IMG/VR virus record: IMGVR_UViG_3300045988_010060
Span: 1 to 5,899 of that record
From: a virus
Reading direction: 5' to 3' (one strand)
DNA length: 5,899 nt
The position numbers were made by a program, and so were the translations under genes. Each line of letters begins with the position of its first letter. The first letter of the stretch is position 1. The notes beneath the pieces were generated by a model. The model saw nothing but the letters and a program-made list of their open reading frames with translations, was not told where the DNA came from and did not search any database. This document shows positions 1 through 5,074 of the stretch, one piece after another.

Positions 1-85
1 GGAGACGAAACAGCACTAGCAACGCCGGGGTGGTACATCGACACCAGCAAACTTCCGAGCACATACACCGAATACATGAACATGA
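1..85. repeat. Terminal redundancy: an exact 85-nt copy of 5815-5899, marking a circular genome linearised with overlap.
   Basis: Direct comparison: ggagacgaaacagcactagcaacgccggggtggtacatcgacaccagcaaacttccgagcacatacaccgaatacatgaacatga occurs at both ends of the window. Confidence 0.95.
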
Positions 86-288
86 TGAACGAGCAGCGGG
101 AAAAGTTCGACCAACTGCCGTTGAACATCAGGAACAAGTTCAACAACAACTTCAACGAATACATGGCAACCGCAGGAGAAGAAAGCTGGTTGCAAAATAT
201 GGGAATTTCGACGAAAAAAGTCACGGCAGCAGCCAACGAAAATCGTCAAAACGGAGAAAATCAAAAAGAAGGGAGCGAAAATAAATGA
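1..288 (+). CDS. VP3: Internal scaffolding protein VP3, C-terminal part. The gene wraps the circular junction and continues from 5602..5814.
   Basis: Frame 1 is open from base 1 to TGA 286-288 (GDETALATPGWYIDTSKLPSTYTEYMNMMNEQREKFDQLPLNIRNKFNNNFNEYM...SENK*). Bases 1-85 duplicate 5815-5899 in the same frame as ATG 5602. The joined gene is 501 nt (166 aa). The F-x-x-LP-x-x-IR-x-x-F-N-N block matches my recollection of gokushovirus VP3 scaffolds. Confidence 0.8.
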   Translation, partial: GDETALATPGWYIDTSKLPSTYTEYMNMMNEQREKFDQLPLNIRNKFNNNFNEYMATAGEESWLQNMGISTKKVTAAANENRQNGENQKEGSENK

Positions 289-1928
289 GCCGAAACGCGG
301 AACAGCATTTCACACAAGTACCGCACGCAGAAATCAGGCGCAGCAGCTTCAAGCGGCCTTTTAGTCTCCTGACAACTCTCAACGAAGGAGATCTTGTACC
401 GATCTACGTTGACGAAGTACTTCCCGCGGACACCTTCAGGATTGACCTGAACAGTCTGGTACGCATGAGCACACCGCTTTATCCGGTCATGGATAACTGT
501 GATATTGATTATTATATGTTCTTCGTGCCGGCACGCTTGCTCTGGGAACACTTCGAGAACCTGATGGGTCAAAACGATTCGAGCTTCTGGGCAGAAGATG
601 TAGAGTACACAACGCCGGTGACGACAGCGCCTAAAGGCGGATGGGCAAACGGAACCATTGCGGACTACTTCGGCATTCCGACCGGAGTAGAAAACCTGAA
701 AGTGAACAGTCTGCCGTTCAGAGCTTACGCGAAAATCTGGAACGAGTGGTTCAGAGACGAAAACTTACAGCAGCCTGTAACCATGAGCAAAACGGACGCA
801 ACAACGGCAGGAAGCAACACAGGAAACAAACTCACAGACGCAGAAGCAGGTGGCCTGCCGCTGAAAGTAGCAAAACACAAAGACTATTTCACATCCTGCC
901 TTCCTTCGCCGCAAAAAGGCGAAGCGGTGCAACTGCCACTAAACGGAAACGCATATATCAAGTACGCATCCGGAACCAAAGATAAAGAATATTATAAATT
1001 ACAAGACAGCAACGATAACAACAGATACGGGCTATATTTATCAGATTACAATAACTTCCAAAACGGCTCTGTGAGAATAAAGGCAACACTGGGAGAGCCA
1101 TTCATAAACATCAAAGACGATAAAACAAGAGATGACATCTATTTAGCGGCAGACCTCGGAAGCGTAACCGCAACAACCATCAACGAACTTCGCAACGCGA
1201 TTGCAGTGCAGCATATCCTCGAACGAGACGCACGAACCGGCACGAGGTACAAAGAATACCTCAAAGGCGCATGGGGTGTGACGAGTCCAGACGCTCGACT
1301 GGATAGAAGCGAGTACATCGGCGGGTGCAGAGTGCCAATCAACATCAATCAGGTAGTGCAGACGTCCAGCACCAACGAAACCAGTCCGCAAGGCAACACA
1401 GGCGCCTACAGCATGACAACCAACAGCCAACACATGTGCACCTACTCAGCAACGGAGCACGGCTTTGTCATCGGTCTGGCGTGCGTAAGAGTACAGCACA
1501 GCTATCAATACGGACTGCGAAGAATGTGGACCCGAAGCACACGATTCAGCTATTATGACCCGATGCTCGCAAACCTTGGAGAACAGGCAGTGCTGAATCA
1601 AGAAATCTATGCACAAGGCAACGAAAAAGACGAGGAAGTCTTTGGATACCAAGAGGCATGGGCAGATTACAAATACAGAACCAACGAAGTGACATGTGAA
1701 ATGCGGTCCAACTTCGCTCAGACTCTGGATGCATGGCACTACGCAGACAAGTACACCAGTCTTCCGACTCTCTCCGACACATGGATTAAAGAAGGCAAAG
1801 AAAACATTGACAGAACAATTGCAGTGCAAAGCGCAAACAGTCATCAGTTCATTTGCAACTTCTACTTCGAGCAGACGTGGACAAGAGCAATGCCGGTGTA
1901 CAACATCCCCGGCCTTGACACGATCTAA
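285..1928 (+). CDS. VP1: Major capsid protein VP1 (Microviridae F/VP1 family)
   Basis: 547-aa ORF. RBS AAGGGAG lies at 269-275. ATG 285 overlaps the VP3 stop (ATGA). Blocks HFTQVPHAEIRRSSF, GDLVPIYVDEVLPADTF, VRMSTPLYPVMDN, YYMFFVPARLLWEHF and TINELRNAIAVQHILERDARTGTRYKEYL are hallmarks of microvirus major capsid proteins as I recall them. Confidence 0.95.
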   Translation: MSRNAEQHFTQVPHAEIRRSSFKRPFSLLTTLNEGDLVPIYVDEVLPADTFRIDLNSLVRMSTPLYPVMDNCDIDYYMFFVPARLLWEHFENLMGQNDSSFWAEDVEYTTPVTTAPKGGWANGTIADYFGIPTGVENLKVNSLPFRAYAKIWNEWFRDENLQQPVTMSKTDATTAGSNTGNKLTDAEAGGLPLKVAKHKDYFTSCLPSPQKGEAVQLPLNGNAYIKYASGTKDKEYYKLQDSNDNNRYGLYLSDYNNFQNGSVRIKATLGEPFINIKDDKTRDDIYLAADLGSVTATTINELRNAIAVQHILERDARTGTRYKEYLKGAWGVTSPDARLDRSEYIGGCRVPININQVVQTSSTNETSPQGNTGAYSMTTNSQHMCTYSATEHGFVIGLACVRVQHSYQYGLRRMWTRSTRFSYYDPMLANLGEQAVLNQEIYAQGNEKDEEVFGYQEAWADYKYRTNEVTCEMRSNFAQTLDAWHYADKYTSLPTLSDTWIKEGKENIDRTIAVQSANSHQFICNFYFEQTWTRAMPVYNIPGLDTI

Positions 1929-1940
1929 GGAGACAAAAAA

Positions 1941-2906
1941 ATGCAACTGGCAGGAATCTTAAACGCAGCAACAAAGCTGCTACCAGTGATAAGCGCCGGA
2001 ATAGGCGTAGCTGGTCAAATTAAAAATTTAATATCGAGCGGTTCAGGAGCCAGTACAAACGCACAAAGCGGCTCATCTTCTAATCAGACGATAGGGACAA
2101 CATCGAGCAGCCAGACCAGCACGGGACAGACACAACAAACAACGTCACAATATGGAGGAAGCACAGGAACCAGCGAGACAATCGGCAACGTTGGAAGCCT
2201 CGGAAGCATCCTGACAAGAGCACTGGGAACCGCAACAGGCAACAACAGCGGCCTAGCTGCAAACTTTAACGCCGGACAGGCACAGACAGCAAACAACCTC
2301 CAAACAGGAAGTTGGACACTGGCAAACCTGATGAACCAGCTAAACGCAGCATGGCAAAACAAAAAATTGACTGAAGCAGCAACGACAGCAAACGCATTCA
2401 ATGCAGCAGAAGCACAAAAAAACAGAGACTGGCAAGAAAAAATGTCGAATACCAGCTATCAAAGAGCAGTTACAGACATGAAGAAAGCCGGAATCAACCC
2501 GATCTTAGCAGCACAAAACGGGGGAGCAAACACAGGATCTGGCGCAACAGCAAGCGCCGCGGGACTGCCAAACTTCACACACGCACAAGCAGCAGCGATA
2601 CCAGCAGCACATACGGCCACCATGCAAGCCATGTACGATTATGGCAACAACACAAGCCAATTCTTAAACAACGCAATGCAGACCATAAACAGCGCAAAAT
2701 CGACTAACAACTACACGGTAGCCAACTACATGGAAGGCATCATGCAAGAAGTGACTCAGACGAGTGCGCAAGGCGTTCAAAGAATGGCTCAAACGATCAA
2801 CAACAACTTCAATAACAAGGGATGGGAACACAGCAAAACAGACACGAACCAAACAGAAAAAGGAGTGTCTGGCAACATTGAAGGAAGCTACAGATCGAAA
2901 AGTTAA
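1941..2906 (+). CDS. VP2: Minor capsid / DNA pilot protein VP2
   Basis: 321-aa ORF directly after VP1. RBS TAAGGAG lies at 1926-1932, 8 nt upstream. It has a hydrophobic N-terminus (MQLAGILNAATKLLPVISAGIGVAG) and a long S/T/G/Q/N low-complexity tract. The SNTSYQRAVTDMKKAGINPILAAQ block is typical of gokushovirus VP2. Confidence 0.85.
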   Translation: MQLAGILNAATKLLPVISAGIGVAGQIKNLISSGSGASTNAQSGSSSNQTIGTTSSSQTSTGQTQQTTSQYGGSTGTSETIGNVGSLGSILTRALGTATGNNSGLAANFNAGQAQTANNLQTGSWTLANLMNQLNAAWQNKKLTEAATTANAFNAAEAQKNRDWQEKMSNTSYQRAVTDMKKAGINPILAAQNGGANTGSGATASAAGLPNFTHAQAAAIPAAHTATMQAMYDYGNNTSQFLNNAMQTINSAKSTNNYTVANYMEGIMQEVTQTSAQGVQRMAQTINNNFNNKGWEHSKTDTNQTEKGVSGNIEGSYRSKS

Positions 2907-2909
2907 CTA

Positions 2910-2937
2910 TTGACATGCGAGAAAGAAGGTGTATAAT
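2910..2937 (+). promoter_or_regulatory. Sigma70-type promoter P1 (TTGACA, 16-nt spacer, TATAAT) upstream of RHH1 and probably rep
   Basis: TTGACA at 2910-2915 and TATAAT at 2932-2937 are both exact consensus hexamers with a 16-nt spacer. They sit in the 74-nt gap between VP2 and the next ORF. Confidence 0.65.
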
Positions 2938-2960
2938 ATGGGTGTAAGAATCGAACACCC
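2928..2960. repeat. Two 13-nt phased GGTGTA units plus an inverted ACACCC copy; candidate operator at P1
   Basis: GGTGTATAAT at 2928-2937 and GGTGTAAGAA at 2941-2950 have starts 13 nt apart. GGGTGT 2940-2945 is the reverse complement of ACACCC 2955-2960 (9-nt loop). The first unit contains the -10 hexamer. Confidence 0.6.
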
Positions 2961-2980
2961 AACCTAGAAAGGGGTATACC

Positions 2981-3181
2981 ATGAAAAGCCAAGTAACAAA
3001 AAGAATAAACGTAAATTTAACTGACCGTGAACTAACGGCACTAAAATGCTTAGAACACGAAATGAAAAACAGAAACTGGAAAATGAACGCCAGCGATATA
3101 ATCAGGGAAGCAATCGTGTACTATTGCATGAAAGAAACAGGGTACACGTTCGCCAACGAATGGAAACCCAAAACAACATAA
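2981..3181 (+). CDS. Small ribbon-helix-helix (CopG/Arc/MetJ-like) DNA-binding protein, 66 aa (RHH1)
   Basis: RBS AAAGGGG lies at 2968-2974, 6 nt before the ATG. The sequence KRINVNLTDRELTALKCLEHEMKNRNWKMNASDIIREAIVYY fits the RHH pattern: a basic-then-alternating beta strand (KRINVNL), helix 1 (DRELTALKCLEHEM), then an N-A-S cap and helix 2 (SDIIREAIVYY). Confidence 0.6.
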   Translation: MKSQVTKRINVNLTDRELTALKCLEHEMKNRNWKMNASDIIREAIVYYCMKETGYTFANEWKPKTT

Positions 3182-3191
3182 ATCCATAACG

Positions 3192-3216
3192 AATTGGAAA
3201 AAATTGCAAAAAATTG
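3192..3216. repeat. AATTG repeated three times at exact 10-nt phase (two copies as AAAAAATTG)
   Basis: AATTG occurs at 3192-3196, 3202-3206 and 3212-3216. AAAAAATTG occurs at 3198-3206 and 3208-3216. These are helically phased A-tracts lying 5 nt upstream of the stem-loop. Confidence 0.6.
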
Positions 3217-3220
3217 TGTC

Positions 3221-3261
3221 AGTGGGCCCCAATAACGTCAAGAGGGTTATTGGGGCCCACT
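3221..3261. promoter_or_regulatory. Perfect 16-bp stem-loop (9-nt loop GTCAAGAGG) between RHH1 and rep; function unknown (origin, attenuator or RNA element)
   Basis: AGTGGGCCCCAATAAC 3221-3236 is the exact reverse complement of GTTATTGGGGCCCACT 3246-3261. No T-run follows on the + strand, so it is not a canonical intrinsic terminator. Confidence 0.85.
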
Positions 3262-3284
3262 AAGGGAAGGTGCAACTAAAACAA

Positions 3285-4403
3285 ATGTCATGTACAAAAC
3301 CACTCGTAAGATTTAGTGACGGAGAAGTAACAAGCCTTAAAAGATACCTAGAATATGGCAGAAGATACAAATCAACATTCTACATGGGAGATGGACCATA
3401 CTTAGACGAATCAGCCGAAAAAAAACTGTTGAGACAAATCAAAGAAGAAGGCTGCACACTCTTACCATGCGGACACTGTGCAGCGTGTAAGCTGACAGCA
3501 TCGAGCAGTTGGGCAAACAGAATGGAAATGGAATTACCTTACCATAAAAACGCATGGTTCCTAACTCTGACATACGATGACGAGCACGTGCCTTGGAGCT
3601 ACAACAACGGTTTAGGAATCAATAAATGGACCGGAGAAGTGGAAGTAGAAAACTTAACTCTTAATTATAAAGATATGCAAGACTTTTGGAAAAGGCTAAG
3701 AAGATACAGAGAATACCACAACATAGACGATGGGCAACTGATGTACTTTCAAGCCGGAGAATACGGAGGTAAAACACACAGACCGCACTATCATGCAATA
3801 GTGTATGATCTGAACATTAAAAAAGAGGACCTAAAAGAATACAAAAGAAAGAACGGTATTGTGTATTATAATTGCGACTGGATAACAAAAATCTGGGGAA
3901 ACGGCCACGTAGTTATAACAGAAGCGAGCTGGAAAGCATTTGCATACACAGCAAGATACACCACAAAAAAGGTATATGGCAGCGAAAGCAAAAAATACTA
4001 CTCAGACATGGGAATCTTACCGGAAAAGTGCATGATGAGCAAAAACCCGGCAATCGGTATGAAGTACTACGAGGAGCACAAAAACGAAATCTACAAGAAA
4101 GACAGCATTCAACTAAAAAACGGCAGACGCTGCAAGCCACCAAGATACTTTGATAAGCTCTTCGATCTGGAACACAGCCAAAGCGGACCACTCAGCAAAG
4201 CAGAAAGCGAAGAAATCGAAGAAACAACAGAAAAAGCCGAATCCGAAGAACTGAAAGCCATCAAACGCGAAAGGCGAAGAATTGCGAATGATGCACTATT
4301 TGCTCAGCTCAAACAGACCGGCCTAACCATGCAAGAATATTATAACCTGAAAGACAAAAAAATGCAAGAACGCATAAAAAAACTTATCAGGGAAGAAATC
4401 TAG
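3285..4403 (+). CDS. VP4: Rolling-circle replication initiator VP4 (HUH superfamily Rep)
   Basis: The ORF track opens at GTG 3270, but ATG 3285 gives MSCTKPLVRF, the usual M-x-C-x-x-P style N-terminus. A Cys cluster CGHCAACK lies at 3468-3491. Motif I is FLTLTY (3558-3575), motif II is HYHAIVY (3786-3806) and motif III is YTARYTTKK with two Tyr (3945-3971). Stop TAG is at 4401-4403. Confidence 0.9.
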   Translation: MSCTKPLVRFSDGEVTSLKRYLEYGRRYKSTFYMGDGPYLDESAEKKLLRQIKEEGCTLLPCGHCAACKLTASSSWANRMEMELPYHKNAWFLTLTYDDEHVPWSYNNGLGINKWTGEVEVENLTLNYKDMQDFWKRLRRYREYHNIDDGQLMYFQAGEYGGKTHRPHYHAIVYDLNIKKEDLKEYKRKNGIVYYNCDWITKIWGNGHVVITEASWKAFAYTARYTTKKVYGSESKKYYSDMGILPEKCMMSKNPAIGMKYYEEHKNEIYKKDSIQLKNGRRCKPPRYFDKLFDLEHSQSGPLSKAESEEIEETTEKAESEELKAIKRERRRIANDALFAQLKQTGLTMQEYYNLKDKKMQERIKKLIREEI

Positions 4404-4470
4404 CGGCCACGGCGCGCGGAAAGCAGCACACAAGAAAAACGGCATAAAGAACGGCCAATAAAGGGAAGAC

Positions 4471-4504
4471 AGGGCGACGCGATCAGATAAGATTGCGTCG
4501 CCCT
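4471..4504. other. GC-rich hairpin: 10 perfect bp, extendable to 14 bp, with a 6-nt loop
   Basis: AGGGCGACGC 4471-4480 pairs with GCGTCGCCCT 4495-4504. Inner GATC 4481-4484 pairs with GATT 4491-4494 (one G-T wobble). The loop is AGATAA. Confidence 0.75.
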
Positions 4505-4513
4505 CTATTCGTC

Positions 4514-4534
4514 CGGCGCGGGGCAGCCGCGCCG
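4514..4534. other. Second GC-rich hairpin (8 bp, 5-nt loop)
   Basis: CGGCGCGG 4514-4521 pairs with CCGCGCCG 4527-4534; the loop is GGCAG. It is followed by the palindrome CCGATCGG at 4532-4539. Confidence 0.65.
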
Positions 4535-4562
4535 ATCGGGCGACCTCTGGGTAAAAAAGTGC

Positions 4563-4591
4563 TTGACAAGTGTATAATTTAGGTGTATAAT
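4563..4591 (+). promoter_or_regulatory. Perfect-consensus sigma70 promoter P2 (TTGACA, 17-nt spacer, TATAAT)
   Basis: TTGACA at 4563-4568 and TATAAT at 4586-4591 are separated by exactly 17 nt. The promoter is 28 nt upstream of ATG 4619. Confidence 0.75.
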
Positions 4592-4621
4592 AAAGGTGTA
4601 GAAAGGATGGTGTAAACCATG
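4569..4621 (+). repeat. Four tandem 13/14-nt units with an R-GTGTA-(T)AA core; candidate iterated operator
   Basis: The units are aGTGTATAATtta (4569-4581), gGTGTATAATaaa (4582-4594), gGTGTAgAAaggat (4595-4608) and gGTGTAaAccatg (4609-4621). Unit 2 carries the -10 hexamer. Unit 4 covers the start codon of the 84-aa ORF. Confidence 0.7.
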
Positions 4622-4873
4622 AAAGATTATGAAGAACTGAAACTGACCACAGAAGGCAATCATGAAAGTATACCAAACGATGCAGCATGGTGTCTATACG
4701 ACGGCGGATGGAGAAAAGAAGACTGGGAACTATTCAAAAAAACCGAAACCACAAAAGACCCAGAAGAAGAATTCAAGTGGTACCTAGACCCAGATAATGA
4801 ATACTGGGACAAAAGAGAATATGAAGAAGCACTAGAAATGTGCGAAAACATCGTAAAAGAAAGAGAACAATAA
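4619..4873 (+). CDS. Hypothetical acidic, Trp-rich 84-aa protein (accessory, moron-like)
   Basis: The ORF lies directly between P2 and a strong intrinsic terminator. By my count it has 26 Asp/Glu against 12 Lys/Arg (net about -14) and 5 Trp. I recognise no family. Confidence 0.7.
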   Translation: MKDYEELKLTTEGNHESIPNDAAWCLYDGGWRKEDWELFKKTETTKDPEEEFKWYLDPDNEYWDKREYEEALEMCENIVKEREQ

Positions 4874-4877
4874 CAAT

Positions 4878-4924
4878 AAAAACGTAAGAGTGAACAAAAC
4901 CACTCTTGCGTTTTTTTTTTTTTT
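4878..4924 (+). terminator. Rho-independent terminator (10-bp stem, 8-nt loop, T14 tail)
   Basis: CGTAAGAGTG 4883-4892 pairs with CACTCTTGCG 4901-4910 (one G-U wobble). The loop is AACAAAAC. Fourteen consecutive T follow at 4911-4924. A5 at 4878-4882 can extend the stem. Confidence 0.85.
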
Positions 4925-4932
4925 GGTAAAAT
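4924..4932 (+). promoter_or_regulatory. Candidate extended -10 promoter P3 (TGnTAAAAT) for the ORF40-J-RHH2-VP5-VP3-VP1-VP2 block
   Basis: TGGTAAAAT at 4924-4932 fits TGnTAnnnT. The T14 tract lies upstream and AGGAGG at 4941-4946 lies just downstream. There is no good -35 (TTGCGT 4906-4911 with a 15-nt spacer). Confidence 0.35.
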
Positions 4933-4951
4933 CAAAGAAAAGGAGGTAAAC

Positions 4952-5074
4952 ATGAAGCTGAAAGAAATCAAAGAAATGATTGAACACCTGAAAAAGATCC
5001 TGAACACGCTGGATAAAATCTATCATATCCTGAATCAGGACGAAGACAAGGAGGAAAACAATGACACACCGTAA
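4952..5074 (+). CDS. Hypothetical 40-aa coiled-coil-like peptide with an acidic tail
   Basis: RBS AGGAGG at 4941-4946 lies 5 nt before the ATG. The product is MKLKEIKEMIEHLKKILNTLDKIYHILNQDEDKEENNDTP. It falls below the ORF-track length cutoff. Hydrophobic residues follow a 3-4-3-4 spacing. Confidence 0.5.
   Translation: MKLKEIKEMIEHLKKILNTLDKIYHILNQDEDKEENNDTP

Noticed and set aside
1-85. The 85-nt direct terminal repeats as biological LTR, att or DTR ends.
   Set aside because: Microviridae genomes are circular ssDNA. The repeat lies in frame inside the VP3 coding sequence, so it is a linearisation or assembly overlap.
30-284. Alternative-frame + strand ORFs overprinting core genes: 30-284 (basic, ends right at the VP1 ATG), 641-985, 1325-1558, 1696-1962 and 3872-4153.
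   Set aside because: All stop codons need T and this strand is T-poor, so long open frames are expected by chance in every + frame. The products are low-complexity R/K/Q/H-rich, and no RBS precedes the starts. ORF 30-284 is the least dismissible. Conservation and synonymous-rate suppression in VP3 would be needed to revive it.
2926-2953. XerC/XerD dif-like site at the GGTGTATAAT regions (also 4582-4618), as used by temperate enterobacterial gokushoviruses for integration.
   Set aside because: The left arm has partial similarity to GGTGCGCATAA, about 6 of 11 positions. The conserved XerD arm (TTATGTTAAAT or TTATGTAAACT) is absent at the required 6-nt spacing; the best match, TGGTGTAAACC, has no matching XerC arm. 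A dif-profile scan would settle this.
3228-3237. CCAATAAC in the stem-loop resembling the TTAATAAC part of the phiX174 gene A origin sequence.
   Set aside because: It is only a 6-nt identity (AATAAC), it sits in the stem rather than a loop, and the Rep proteins are distant. This is too weak to count as evidence.
3191-3261. The stem-loop as a minus-strand intrinsic terminator (a T-rich run follows it on the reverse strand).
   Set aside because: The T-run starts 7 nt after the stem and is interrupted (GACACAATTTTTTGCAATTTTTT). There is also no minus-strand gene to terminate. It could still dampen antisense transcription of the replicative form.
3270-3284. GTG 3270 as the Rep start (377-aa version in the ORF track).
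   Set aside because: The GTG directly abuts the only purine-rich RBS-like stretch (GGGAAGG 3264-3270), leaving no spacer. ATG 3285 gives the usual M-x-C-x-x-P N-terminus. The choice remains uncertain because the spacer to 3285 is long (14 nt).
3861-3872. GTGTATTATAAT inside rep, resembling the promoter and operator repeat and containing TATAAT (3867-3872). An isolated GGTGTA also occurs at 1895-1900 in VP1.
   Set aside because: There is no -35 element at a suitable distance and no phased neighbouring copies. The sequence is constrained by coding (IVYYNC). It is probably a chance match, though it could be a weak extra operator.
4569-4621. Tandem repeats as a CRISPR or mini-array.
   Set aside because: The units are only 13-14 nt, are contiguous with no spacers, and overlap promoter elements. 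This is not CRISPR-like.
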